The notes: generated by a model from the letters alone, not told the origin. DNA of 64,000 nucleotides from Octopus sinensis (GCF_006345805.1 NC_043011.1:39878464-39942463); one strand, 5' to 3'. Shown: positions 38,426 to 51,996, counted from the stretch's first letter. Program-made: numbers and translations.

Positions 38426-39220
38426 CTTCCATCAAATGTGCATGTGTGTAGCAGAGTGTGTCTGTGTGTTCGTGTCATACGTACATATATAATAAAGAAC
38501 AATAAGACAGGCCGTCAAGCATACATAATGTGTAAGTGTGTACAAACAAAGGTGTATGCATGTGAGATAAAATACAGAGCAATGGAAATGAGCCTCTCAG
38601 GACGCTAGAAGTAGATCAGACACAAGATGGAAATAAATATCAGTCTGCAGTAAAAAACGCAATAGTAATTGTTCGGTAACAATGAAGTTGGGACCACAAG
38701 GCAGTTGGGACCACAAGAGGTCGGCAATCAAATAACTTTACTCAACACTTTGCAACTGAATCAGTGGAGGCAAAGATGCCCCTCATTTACTTGACAATTT
38801 ATGCACCACATTGCAGAAATAACAATGTAAGTGTATGTCAAAGCAAACTGTTACACTGTTGTACCATTGAATTAGAAATAATGCTCAACTTTTATGCTCG
38901 AGTAACCCTACAGCTTCCAAGAGCACAACTGTATTCGTTTTTGCTTAGATAAAATGACAAAACTGTGGGTGTTAAGTCCTCATGGAGGGGTCTTTATAAT
39001 TTGTAAGATGAAATGTTATAAATATTACTTCATTTGTGTCTAACATATATGGTTAAAATTTCCTCAACAGCAAAAATATATGAATTGTCATGGGGGTTAT
39101 GGCCCTTATGCATAGAATATAATTTCCAAATTTCATAAAGATCCATTCAGTACTTTTGACCTAGTTTTGGATCATAAAAGAAATGACTAAAATTTGGCAG
39201 TTAAGGCTCCCATTGGGGTG

Positions 39221-39259
<39 letters not shown>

Positions 39260-39265
<6 letters not shown>

Positions 39266-39378
39266 CGTGATCACCGTGACCGACCAGGCTATCAGATGTT
39301 GCTACACATCGCTGGTCACAATGCGTTCCGCATGGTTTTAGCCTTCAAATGACGCCACCCCGCTGGCTAAGCGAGCAG

Positions 39379-39380
<2 letters not shown>
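39260..39380. repeat. Short dispersed repeat within (TA)n
   Basis: ATCACCGTGA..GACCAGGCTAT.AGATGTTGCTACACATC.CTGGTCACAATGCG...TTAGCCTTCAAATG; second, truncated copy at about 36943-37025. Confidence 0.7.
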
Positions 39381-39420
<40 letters not shown>

Positions 39421-39421
39421 T

Positions 39422-39476
<55 letters not shown>

Positions 39477-39752
39477 CACACACACACATACAAAGATAAA
39501 TTGATAGATACAACTGAGTGGGCAAACAAAAATATGAGACACAGCCTAGTGATTTTTTTTACGTTCATAGGCCTGGTACTTATTCTATTAGTTTGTTCTT
39601 GTGAAACCAGTAAGTTAAGTGGATGTAAATAAATGAACAGCAGTTGTGAAGCAGTGATGAGGGCGAAACACAGAGACAAAGACACACACATACACTTACA
39701 TATATATACGATTGAATTGTTTCAGTTCCTGTCTACGAAATATATATATATA

Positions 39753-42418
39753 TTGTTGTTGACATCCTTTTCGTCTCGGGAGACAATGGAGTTGCGCACA
39801 AAATAATCTAGTCCGGCTTTTACATTTCATGTCCTAATACATCTCCTGCTGTGGCTGTGTAGTCCTATCCGGGACAAACACTCCCTCTGGCAGGTGCCGC
39901 AAATGTAGCGAAGACTTTGCCTGGCTGGTTGTAATGTCATACTTTCTTGTTGACGTCTTTTCTTGTCTTTCCATTTCTCCTCTCTGTGTTCCCTCTTTTA
40001 CAGTACGTCGCCAATCTCCACGGTTGCTGGCAACTGCTTCCCAGTCGGTAATATTGATGTTGCAGGCATTCATGTCCCTTTTGCAAATCGTACGAACGGT
40101 CTTCCCACAGACCTAGTGCCCCTAGCAAGCTCACCGTTGAGTATGTCCTTGGGGATTCTGCGATCTTCCATACGGCTAACATGTCCAAGCCATATCATAC
40201 GTCTTTGTGTGAGGAGTGCAAACATGCTTGGTATACCTGCTTGCTTGAGGACATCTTTGTTGGGGACATGATTCTGCCATTTGATGCGAAGGATTTTCCG
40301 GAGGCAGCGCTGGTGAAAGATATTTAGGCGACGTATGGCGTCGTATGGCGTGTGTATGGCGTCCAAGTCTCACTTCCATACAGTAGAGTGCTAAGTACAC
40401 ATGTCTGGTAAATCTTCATTTTTGTGGTCTTGGTCAGCTTATTGTTGTCCCATGACCGTTTGGATAGTTGGGCCATCACAGCAGCTGCCTTGCCAATGCG
40501 TATATTGAGCTCAGCATCAAGAGATAGGTTGTAGGTGACGGTAGAGCTAAGATAGGTAAACTTCTCCACCTCCTGTAGTCTGTGGTCTCCAATATGTATG
40601 TTTGAGATGTCCGATATAGCCTGAACCATGATGTTGGTCTTCTTGAGGCCGATAACTAAGCCAAAGTCACTACATGCTTGCTCAAAACAGTTGATGAGCC
40701 TTTGTAGGGCTTCTTCTGTGTGTGATACCAGAGTGGCATCATTAGAAAATAGCGTCTCCTTGATCAGGACGCTTCTGATTTTGGTCTTGACACGCAGACG
40801 CGTGAGATTGTGCAGAAACGATCCATCATCTGATGTCTTAAAGGCATGTGACAGCAGCAGCGAGAAGATGCCAAATAATGTAGGAGCAAGGCCACAACCT
40901 TGCTTTACTCCGTTTTTTATTTGGAAGGCGGCTGATGTTGAACTATTGTGCTGTATGGTGCCTTGCCTATCATCATGGAAAGATTTGATAATCCTCAGCA
41001 GCTTTGGTGGACATCCGATTTTTGGGGGCAGGATGAAGAGGCCTTTTCTACTTACCAAGTCAAAGGCCTTTGTCAAATCAATGAAGGCCATATATAATGG
41101 CATTTTCTGCTCTCTGGACTTCTCTTGAAGTTGGCGTATGGAAAATATCATGTCAGTAGTTAATCTGCTTCTTCTAAAGCCACACTGCGATTCTGGATAA
41201 ATTCGAGAAGCAAGCAGTTGTAGCCGGACAGGATAACGTGAGCAAAGGCCTTTCCAACAGTGCTTAGAAGAGATATTCCACGGTAATTGTTACAATCATT
41301 ACGTTCACCATTGTTTTTGTAAAGCGTAATGATGTTAGCATCCCGCATATCCTGAGGGACTGTATCCTCTCCCCAGCACTGACACAGCAGCTCATGAAGG
41401 TGCCGAAGCAGGATAGTGTTTTTGCCGGTTTTTATGATATCTAAGGGGATGACGTCTTTTCCCGAAGCCTTGTTACTTGCTAGGGAGTCAATAGCCTTTT
41501 TGAGCTCTGCTATAGATGGCAGACTGTCAAGTTCACACATGACCAGCAAGATCTTGACACCCTCGAGTGCAGCCTCAGCTACCGTGGTCTCCCGTGAGTA
41601 AAGATCCTGGTAGTACTCCACCCATCTATCCATTTGCTAGCTTTGGTCTTTGATGAGATCTCCAGTAGCTGATTTCAGAGGGGCTGACTTGGTTGCGGAT
41701 GGACCGAGGGCCTTCTTCAAACCACGGGTGTCGCCACTGTCAGCAGCTGACTGAATACTCTGACAGATTTCCTGCCAATACCTATTTGCATAGCGTCTGG
41801 CAGTCAGTTGGGTTTTATTTCTTGCCTTTCTGAGTTCTTCGAGTGACTTTGTAGAAGAATCACTCTTGTATTGCATCAAAGCTGCATGCTTTGCTTCGAT
41901 AACTGTTTCCAGCTCTGAGAGCCCAGCACTGAACTAATCTGGGTTTTGGTTTTTCTCTCATGCTGAAAGTATCTATTGATGTGGTATACAAAGCTTCCCT
42001 GATATAATTCCACCTACTTTCAGCAGAGGAGGTTGGGCAGCTACTGAGGGCAACCTTGATAGAAACAGCAAGACATTTTCGCAGTGTAGGGTCCGAGGTT
42101 CTGGCAGTGTTAATGTGTGGTCGGCCCATTTTCTTGGAGTGATGGACTTTCTTAGGCAGAATCCTCACTCTGCTTCTTATTAGTGAATGATGTGTGTCAC
42201 AATCCGCACTGTGGTAACTACGGGTCAGTTGAACAGAATTCAAAAAGGATCTTCGTGTAATGATGAGAACCAGCTGATGCCAGTGGTGAGATCTTGGATG
42301 TCTCCAAGATGCCTTGTGGGATGTCTTGTTGACAAAGAATGTGTTGGTGATGCACGGGTTATGGTATGTGCAAAATTCAAGTAGTCTTTAACCATTGTCA
42401 TTCATGTTGCCAATATCT
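39753..42418 (-). mobile_element. 5'-truncated RTE (BovB-like) LINE, fragmented ORF2
   Basis: Endonuclease end (NDNG*RLLEFC, WRHPRS, TRSYHSADCDTHH), NYRGISLLSTVGKAF, FIDLTKAFDLVSR, GVKQGCGLAPTLF, degenerate catalytic LFSND, WLGHVSRMEDRRIPK, C-terminal CGTCQRECLSRIGLHSH, (CAA)n tail. Confidence 0.95.
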
Positions 42419-42738
42419 AAACACATACACTTACATATATACATACATATATATACGATTGATTTGTTTCAGTTCCTGTCTACGAAATTCATATATAAAT
42501 TATATATATATATATGTATACACACACACACACACACCACACACACACACACACACATACACACACACATACACACAAAGATAAATTGATAGATACAACT
42601 GAGTGGGCAAGCAAAAATATGACACACTGCGTAGTGCTTTTTTATATTTGATAAGCCTGGTACTTATTCTATCAGTTTCTTCTTGTGAAACCAGTAAGTT
42701 ATGGGGATGTAAATAAACGAACACCAGTTGTGAAGCAG

Positions 42739-43953
42739 ATGGGTTGCATTGTTGGAGCCAGGATTCGTACATTGGGTTGTGAAGGAATCAAGGCAGAAGG
42801 AGGGGCCCGAGTGGTGGAAGCCCAACGTGTCAACGATGGCACAATTCGATCTTTGATGAACCAAAGAGGTAAGTTAATAAACGAGCCCGAAGAGATGCGT
42901 GAGGTCTTTCAGGAGCACTTCACCTAGCTTTTCTGGGTGGGGGAAACGGACCGGACAGTAAGAGGGACCTAACGGATTACCTCGCCAGGCTGCCACTCAT
43001 CTCGGAGCTTGACGCGGAGTGTTGTGTAGGGCCGATCACGCCTGAGGAGGTAATTGAGGCTATGGCGCACCACGACGCGGGTAAGGCACCGGGACTGGAT
43101 GGTCTACCCTATGAACTGTATAAGAGTATGCCAGACTTGTTCGGGCACCTGCGAATGTCTACGCGAACTGGCAGCAGAATGGGTTCATTCCCAGATCTGT
43201 GCGCCGGGAACTTGTGAGGCTTGTCAGAAAGAACCCGAATAAGGGGGGACTGCATTGATAATTTTCGGCCCATCACTCTGCTAAACACAGAGTTGAAGAT
43301 TTTGGCCAAAGTGTTCTCGAAAAGATTGGTGTGTGTCGCAGATGGCTTGATCGGGAAGGCACAGGCATGTGCCGTTTCCCGGTAGAACCATTCAGGATAA
43401 TCTCCATCTTCTACAGTACACTGTGGAAGGGTTTCATAATGATTCTTGCAAGGGAGGGACAGTGGTCGATTTAGACCAATCAAAGGCTTTTGATAGGGTA
43501 GACCATCATTACCTGGTGTCCGTTCTGGCACAGTTCGGCCTGGGTATTAGCTTCCTTAGGTGGATCATTGAAATTTATAACAACATCGACTCGGTAGTTC
43601 AGATAAACGGTTTTTTTTTATCTAAGCCGCTCAGCTTCAAACGCTCTCCCCGCTTTTATATGTAATGTCTCTTGAGCCATTGCTGCGAAAATAGAGCCAG
43701 GGAGGGCGGAGGTGGCCAATGTGTTCATCGCATCTGTCATCACGTACCGCCTAACCGTCGTTCCCTGCCCTGATTCGTGGTTGAGCAAGCTGGAAAGACA
43801 GCTCTTCCGCTTCTTGTGGAAGGGTTCGAATACGCTTGTGAGATGCTCTATTTGCTGCCAACAACCACTTAAGGGTGGGCTAGGGATGCCTCGGCTGATG
43901 ATGCGCAGGCACGCGCTGAGGTTGAGGCATCTGTGGCTCCATCTGGATGGTGA
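42739..43953 (+). mobile_element. Tx1/L1-clade LINE ORF2 fragment with internal deletions
   Basis: PITPEEVIEAM...GKAPGLDGLPYELY, NFRPITLLNTELKILAK, GRTIQDNL, DLDQSKAFDRVDH, SPLLYVMSLEPLL, then FRFLWKG...GGLGMP; the YADD region is missing. Confidence 0.9.
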
Positions 43954-44727
43954 TCCAGTCAAAAGAGCAAAAATCGTGTTATTCCAGCAGCAAAAAGTTT
44001 CCTTTTCGAACATCAGCAAACTACTAAAGTGCAGTAAAACGGCATGCGTGCAAGCATGGAAGTTATTTTCGGAGACTGGTCAATATAAAGATCGGCAAAG
44101 GACTGGCGACCCAAGAAAAACGATGGCGCAGTTGGACCGTCGAATCCACCGACTTTCGGAAGGCAACTGAATGCTGACAGACGTTGACATTTGTAAACAA
44201 TTGTCCAACGAGAATGTTGTTATTTTAACACTATAAACCGTCCGCAACCGTTTGAGAGAATTTGAACTACATGGACGAATCGCGAGGAAAAAGCCAATAA
44301 TATCCGAAAAAGTTGACTCAGACGTCTTAATTTCGCAAAAAGCCATGCTCAATGGACAGCCGAAGATTGGTGCACGGTCCTTTGGAGTGACGAGTCACGC
44401 TTCTGAATATTTGGATCAGATGGTAAAACATATGTCAGACGTCGCCCAACCGAGGAATTCCCTCCGAAATGCGTGAAAAAGACGACGCAAGCGGGGGTGG
44501 GGTGATGGTGTGGGCCAGCATTTAGTAGCTATGGTGTTGGCCCTCTAGTTAAAGTTGATGGAAAGCTAAATAGTGTAGGTTTTATGAATCTAATAAAGGA
44601 TAATGTACCATATTTGACTCATCAAATACTTCCGGGGGCTATTTAACAGTGGGACAATAGTCCTGTACACAAATCCAAAAAGGTTATGGAATTGTTTGAT
44701 CACCGTAATATTGATGTTATGTTACGA
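43954..44727 (+). mobile_element. Tc1-family transposase remnant
   Basis: HTH region (SNISKLLKCSKTA...TGDPRKT, TVRNRLREFELHGRIARKKP), WSDESRF, and DNSPVHKSKKV; truncated before the SPDLNPIE region. Confidence 0.9.
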
Positions 44728-44759
44728 TAATATTATACTTTAGTTTGATTTTAATTATT

Positions 44760-45058
44760 ACTTACTACATATAATTCAATTGTTATTATCATTTTTATTG
44801 TTAAAGTGAAAGCATCTGACATAAAATAGAGAAACGTTTTCGTTTCACTTTTAACACGTAATACTGAAATAGTGGAGAAGATATGATATTGCTATGGGCT
44901 CGCTCTAGGTAAGAAGTTGAACATTTTTTTGCCCATGAAACTACATGGGCCCTAAGTAAGGCATGTGTAAAATTTGAATGAAATTGGTTGTGTAGTTCTC
45001 AAGTTTTAGGGAAACACACAGACAGACAGATACACATTCTCAGTTTTATATATATAGA
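44760..45058 (-). mobile_element. Helitron-like non-autonomous element (5' end)
   Basis: Minus strand A|TCTATATATATAAAACTGAGAATGTGTATCTGTCTGTCTGTG; 3' CTAG end not evident. Confidence 0.55.
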
Positions 45059-45360
45059 TATATATATGTGTATATAGAAAGGGAGAGAAAGAGAGAGGGA
45101 GGGAGAGAGAGAGACGAGTTGCTTTTAATTTGTCTACCAAATCCACTGGAAAGGCTTTGGTCGGCCTGGAACTATAATAGAAGACTCACCCAAGGTGTCA
45201 CACAGTGGGACTGAATGTGGAGCCATATGGTTGGGGAGAAAACCTCTTACCACACAGACACATATATGCCTATATATTATATGTATCCTTTCTGTCTTGG
45301 ACAAAGATTGTAAATATTGATTTTGTATTTCTTTGTATCATTTTGGCTTGGGAGAATCAT

Positions 45361-45628
45361 TATGCCAGTGGCACATAAAAAGCACCAGTCAAGCGTGGTC
45401 AATGCCAGTATCACCTGACTGGCCCCCATACCAGTGGCACGTAAAAAGCACCCACTACATTATCAGAGTGGTTGGCGTTAGGAAGGGCATCCAGCTGTAG
45501 AAACCTTTCCAGATCAGATTAGAGCCTGGTGCAGCCTACTGGCTTGTCACTCCTCAGTCAAATCGTCCAACCCATGCCAGCATGGAAAGTGAACGTTCAA
45601 TGATGATGATCATGATGAAGAAGATGAT
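45361..45628 (+). mobile_element. (ATG)n-tailed RTE-like 3' region
   Basis: Two GTGGCAC(A/G)TAAAAAGCACC monomers, GGAAGGGCATCCAGCTGTAGAAAC, (ATG)n tail. Confidence 0.8.
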
Positions 45629-45746
45629 ATTACATGCACAGGTTCAATCGTAATTCTTTATAGTAATTTGATTGGTTAATAACTTAACCAATTAACTAAT
45701 TGACCATTTGTATTATGCACTAGTTAACCCTTTAGCATTTAGATCT

Positions 45747-45953
45747 CTTTTACTCTTTTACTTGTTTCAGTCATTTGACTGCGGCCATGCTGGAGCACCG
45801 CCTTTAGTCAATCAAATCGACCCCAGAACTTATTCTTTGTAAGCCCAGTACTTATTCTATCGGTCTCTTTTGCCGAACCGCTAAGTGGCGGGGACGTAGA
45901 CACACCAGCATCGGTTGTCAAGCAATGCTAGGGGGACAAACACAGACACACAA

Positions 45954-46002
<49 letters not shown>

Positions 46003-46168
46003 TACGACAGGCTTCTTTCAGTTTCCGTCTACCAAATCCACTCACAAGGCATTGGTCGGCCCGGGGCTATAGCAGAAGACACTTGCCCAAGATGCCACGC
46101 AGTGGGACTGAACCCGCAACCATGTGGTTGGTTAGCAAGCTACTTACCACACAGCCACTCCTGCGCCT
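45747..46168 (-). mobile_element. Family-2 SINE, full length, young
   Basis: Complete reverse match including the AGGCGCAGGAGTGGCTGTGTGG head. Confidence 0.9.
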
Positions 46169-46479
46169 CTCTTTGTCAAATGTAATTCCTATTCATTCAC
46201 GTTGCTTTGAATTAATCACACTTTACTTTGAAGCTTCAGAATTTCAATGGTGTTATTTTTTTTGTTTTTTTTTTGTCTATTATTTGTTTCAGTCAATTGA
46301 CTGTGGCCATGCTGGGGCACCACCTTTAGCTAAACAAAATCGACCCCAGGACTTATCCTTTGTAACCCTAGTACTTATTCTATCGGCCCTCTTTTGCCGA
46401 ACCGCTAAGTTACAGGGATGTAAACACCAACATTGGTTGTCAAGCAATGGTGGGGAGACAAACACAACACACACACACA

Positions 46480-46510
<31 letters not shown>

Positions 46511-46552
46511 CCACACACACACACACACACACTCACACACATATATATATAT

Positions 46553-46637
46553 TTTATTTAAAGCAGCAGAAAATTCAACAAAACCTCTAACAAAACCTGT
46601 AACAGGTTTTGTTGAATTTTCTGCTGCTTTAAATAAA
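46553..46637. repeat. Perfect 34-bp inverted repeat with 17-nt loop
   Basis: 46553-46586 is the exact reverse complement of 46604-46637. Confidence 0.97.
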
Positions 46638-47809
46638 GCATATTACTCTACCACTGGTATTTGAGTACTCTTTTTTCCACCTTATTTCACATTTATGTGT
46701 TTACTCCGGTATATATATATATATATATATATACAAAGGGCTTCTTTTCAGTTTCTATCTACTAAATCCACTCACAAGGTTTTGGTTGACCAAAGGCTAT
46801 AGTAGAAGACACTTGCCCAAGATGCCATGCAGTGGGACTGAACCTAGAACCATGTGGTTGGTAAGCAAGTTACTTACCACACAGCCATTCCTGCACCTAT
46901 ATTTGTATATTTTTAGAATGACATTGTAAGATAGGTGTGAAAGTTTGGAGCTGGTCAGTTTGACCATAAAACAGGGATGTAAACACACTAACACCAGTTG
47001 TTAAGCAGTGGCGGGGGACAAACACACACACACATAAATAATAACAATAGATGTTATTTATTTTTTCACCAAAGGCAGTGAGCTAACAGAATTGTCAATA
47101 TACCGGGCAAAATGTTTAGCAATATTTCGTCAGCCGCTACATTCCAATTTCATATTCCGCCAAGGTTGACTTTACCTTTCATCCTTTCGGGGTCGATTAA
47201 ATAAGTATCAGTACCGCTGCCACCATGTTGCGTGTAGTTTGGGTTCTAATGGGATAGACAACCAAATGAAGACCATTGTTGTTGTTACGTGTTTATTTGC
47301 TTTACATGATACATGGACTCGACATTCAGCGTAGTAATACATTATATACTTTACACACAGTTGTACTGTTCACTAACAAAATAGTGCCAAGAGTGGGGAT
47401 GTAGTTTGGCATACGCAAACACATAGATATGAATGTGTAACAGTTACGCACTGGGGGTCAATGTAATTGACTTAATCCCCCCCCCCAAGCTGCCCTTGTG
47501 GCAAAACTCATTATTTATTCTTCACCTGAACCATCAGCACACTGGATAAAATACTTAGTGGTATTTCGTCTGTCTGTCTGTTCTGAGTTCAAATCATGCC
47601 AGCTTTGCATATGTGTGTGTGTGTGTGTGTGTGTGTGCGGAGTAGATAAAACAGGGGACAACTGATGAAGGGAATGTTCTTTATGTTGCCTGTCTCGTTT
47701 CTCTGTTTGTTTCTTTCGTTGTTCGAAAAAAGTTCATTTTCTGTGTTTTTGTTTTTATGTTCCCATTTCTCATTTTGTTGATGTACCCATATATGAATCT
47801 CTTTTTTTT

Positions 47810-48012
47810 TTCTTTTTTACTTGTTTCAGTCATTTGACTGCAGCCATGCTGCAGCACCGCCTTTAGTCGAGCAAATCGACCCTGGGACTTATTCTTTGTA
47901 AGCCTATTACTTATTCTATCGGTCTCTTTTGCCGAACCGCTAGGTGACGGGGACGTAAACACACCAGCATCGGCTGTCAAGCAATGATAGGGGGACAAAC
48001 ACAGACACACAA

Positions 48013-48053
<41 letters not shown>

Positions 48054-48225
48054 CATATATACGACAGGCTTCTTTCAGTTTCTGTCTACCAAATCCACTT
48101 ACAAGGCATTGGTCGAACTGGGGCTATAGCAGAAGACACTTGCCCAAGATGCCACGCAGTGGGACTGAACCCGGAACCATGTGGTTGGTTAGCAAGCTAC
48201 TTACCACACAGCCACTCCTGCGCCT
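47810..48225 (-). mobile_element. Family-2 SINE, full length, young
   Basis: Near-identical to 45747-46168. Confidence 0.9.
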
Positions 48226-49399
48226 AATGTATAAATAAATATATATGTAGGTATGTACATATATGTATGTATATATGCATATATTTATTATTTATATTAT
48301 TGTTTTTGTGTGTGTGTGTGTTTGTCAACCAACATCGTTTGACAACCGATGCTGGTGTGTTTACATCCCCGTAACTTAGCAGTTCGGCAAAAGGAACCAA
48401 AAGAATGAATACAAGGCTTACAAAGAATAAGTCCTGGGGTAGGTTTGCTCGACTAAAGGCAGTGCCTCAGCATGGCCACAGTCAAATGACTGAGACAAGT
48501 AAAAGAATAACTCAGAACCTTCAATTCGTTTGTATCTGGTGTCTATAGACGTAGTTACTTTAGTGAGTACTGGTTTGGCATTATACATCGTTTGTACACT
48601 GTCACACTTATACATTGTTTGATCACCAGCAACAGCAAGCAGAATAACAACATCATTTATTTCAAAATGTTTAAGTACTTTAACATTCTATATACTGTAT
48701 AGTGTTTTCTAGTATAAACAGTGAGACATTATCTCAATTTTGCTTCATCAACATTACCATCACCACCACCACCACAATCATCATCGTCATCATGACTGTC
48801 ATCATCATCATCACTACAACTGCTACCATCATCATCATCATCATCACCATTACCATGATCAGAACTCAAGGGGGTACCACTGAAGTCATCCTTTGCTACA
48901 AAGGTGAGGGAAGAGGAGGCTTCGGTTATATCATATTTGAAGAATTCAGTTATGTCTTAATCAAGTTATATCATTATTCCGTTATATCATAATCTAGTTG
49001 TGTTATAATTCAGTTATGTCATACTTTGAAACATCAACACCCATTACTATTGGAATCATGTTTGGTTTTTGTGTTTTTTGCTTTTCCAGTTCAGCTCTTG
49101 AGCTGTGGCCGTGCTGGGGCACCGCCATTGTGGTGAAAGAGTACAGCAGGGATCACCCACCCCCTGCCGGAGCCCGTAGAGCTTTTTTAGGTGTTTTCGC
49201 TCAATAAACACACACAACGCCCGGTCTGAGAATCGAAACCGCGATCCTGCGAACCGCGACCGCTGCCCTAACCACTAGCCATTGCACCTCATGTTCTCAT
49301 ATTTTTCAATATTCTTTCACTTTGAGACTAAAATCGTTCAAATATGTTTCGGAAAATAAAAGAAGCCTGCCATTCATTCATTCATAAACACACACACAC

Positions 49400-49446
49400 A
49401 CACACGTATATATGCATGTATGTATTCGTATATGTATATATGCATG

Positions 49447-49505
<59 letters not shown>

Positions 49506-49802
49506 GTATATGTATGTATATATGTATGTATGTATGTATGTATATGTATGTATGTGTATGTATGTATGTATGTGTATGTATGTATGTATGTGTATGTATG
49601 TATGTATGTGTATGTATGTATGTATGTGTATGTATGTATGTATGTATGTATGTATGTGTATGTATGTATGTATGTATGTATATGTATGTATGTATGTGTA
49701 TGTATGTATGTGTATGTATGTATGTATGTGTATGTATGTATGTATGTGTATGTATGTGTATGTATGTATGTATGTATATGTATGTATGTATGTGTATGTA
49801 TG

Positions 49803-49841
<39 letters not shown>

Positions 49842-50120
49842 GTATATGTATGTATGTATGTATGTATGTATATGTATGTATGTATGTATATGTATGTATG
49901 TATGTGTATGTATGTATGTATGTGTATGTATGTATGTGTGTATGTGTATGTATGTATGTGTGTATGTGTATGTGTATATGTGTGTATGTGTATATGTATG
50001 TATGTGTATATGTATGTATGTGTATATGTATGTATGTGTATATGTATGTATGTATGTGTATATGTATGTATGTGTATATGTATGTATGTGTATATATATG
50101 TGTGTATATATGTATATATG
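49400..50120. repeat. (TATG)n/(TG)n microsatellite
   Basis: Direct reading; source of the 233-360 aa pseudo-ORFs. Confidence 0.95.
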
Positions 50121-50329
50121 ACGATGATGATGATGGTGTGTGTGTGTCTGTGTGTGTGTGTATTGTTTGTACTCTTGTATATATGTATCTTGCATGTAGA
50201 TATTTATGTTTGTATGTATGTATGCATATGTTTGCATGGTAGATTCATTCATCAGCCTACCTACAAGTCTACCTTTGTATATATACACACACAAACACAT
50301 TCACACACACACACACACACACACACATT

Positions 50330-50730
50330 CTTTCATTCTTTTACTTGTTTCAATCATTTGACTGTGGCCGTGCTGGAGCACTGCCTTCAAGTCGAAGAAA
50401 TCGACCCTTGGACTTATTCCTTGTAAGCCTGGTAGTTATTCTATCATTCCTTTTTGCCGAACCGCTAAGTTGCGGGGATGTAAACACACCAACATCGGTT
50501 GTCAAGCGATGATGGGGGAGTGGGGTGGACAACACAGACACAAAGACACAAATATATATATATATGATGGGTTTCTTCTAGTTTCTGTCTACCAAATCCA
50601 CTCACAAATCTTTGGTCAGCATGAGGCTATTGTAGAAGACACTTGCCCAAGGTGCCACACAGTGGGACTGAACCCAGAACCAAGTGGTTGGTAAGCAAGC
50701 TTCTTACCATACAGCCATGCCTGTGCCTAT
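50330..50730 (-). mobile_element. Family-2 SINE
   Basis: Reverse match; abuts the 5'-truncated mariner. Confidence 0.8.
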
Positions 50731-50744
50731 AATATATACATATA

Positions 50745-51996
50745 GTGACAGAAGCAGTGGAAGACCTTCAAAACTGGATGAAGATGTTTTGAAGGCAAAA
50801 GTCAAAGAAAACTCAAATATCATGACTAGAGAACTTACAGAGGAGTTGGAATTTCCTAAAAGTATGGCTCATGAACGCCTAGTGAAGCTAGGATACATTT
50901 CTTGCTATAGTGTATAGGCCCCTCATAAGCTCTCAGAAAAGAATTGCTTGGACTGGTATTTCGTTTGTGACATCTTTTGAAATGGAATGAAAGCATGCCT
51001 TTCTTTAAACAACTTGTGATTGGAGATAATAAAATGGATTGCGTACAAAAATGTAGTGTGAAAAAAATCCTTGAGTTTGCATAAGGATCTCCCAAAATAG
51101 CAACCAAAGATAAATATCCATGCCAAAAAAGCTATGCTTTGAGTTTGGTGAGATCATAAAGGCATTATTTGTTATGAGTTTCTCCAACAAAACCAGACCA
51201 TTAATTCTGATGTATACCGTCATCAGCTGGCTAATTTGAACCAAAATATCAAAGAATTGAGGCCGGAGATTGCGAATAGGAAAAGGGTAGTGTTCCAACA
51301 TGACAATGCCCAACCACATGTGTCTTTGGCTATGTGAACTTGGCAGGGATTTCTTACCCCATCCACCATATTCTCCTGATATTGTGCCATCTGGCCACCA
51401 CTTGTTTTTGTTTCAACAGAACTCATTGCAAGGAAAAACATTTAATGATTTAGATGGAGTCAAAATGCATAACATTTTTTTCTTCAAAACCAGTTAAATT
51501 TTATGTTGATGGAATATTTAAATTGCCAGATAGATGATCAAAGGTCATCTCTATATATATAAATGGCAAAATGTCTGTGTGCATGTCCTTTATACAAATC
51601 CACAATTTTTCAGTTAGAGGGCTCGCACTTTCTATGGTCATTTAAAACTGTCCAAGGGTGGTCGTGCACATCTTTACATTTCCCCAGTCACCTGACAAAG
51701 CCATTAAAAAATCAATAGAAGTGATCTTTTTGTGAATTTTCTATCCAAAACCCAATCAAAATGCCCGAAACTTGATATGCCAGTTGAATGCCAGCTAGCT
51801 GTATGTGATTGATCGGAGATTTGGACAGTACTCGCGTGTATGTGCATGCACTAGCACTATGACCCAGCGTTGTTGGGTCACAGTGCTAGTTAATAATAAA
51901 TGGAAATTATTTCGTTGAATAAAATTTATTGAAAGGTCAATTATTTATATTCTTTTTGCATATCAAATAATGCTCAGAACTTTCTGGACAACCTAA
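50745..51996 (+). mobile_element. Mariner (DD34D) transposon remnant, 5' truncated
   Basis: RSSGRPSKLDEDVLK...TRELTEEL, *APHKLSE, VWWDHKG, VFQHDNAQPH, HPPYSPDIVPS; right TIR ...AACTTTCTGGACAACCTAA followed by TA. Confidence 0.9.
51548..51889 (+). mobile_element. Non-autonomous Helitron inserted in the mariner C-terminus
   Basis: A|TCTCTATATATATAAA ... hairpin ... CTAG|T; inserted between A and T with no TSD; mariner sequence resumes on both sides. Confidence 0.85.
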
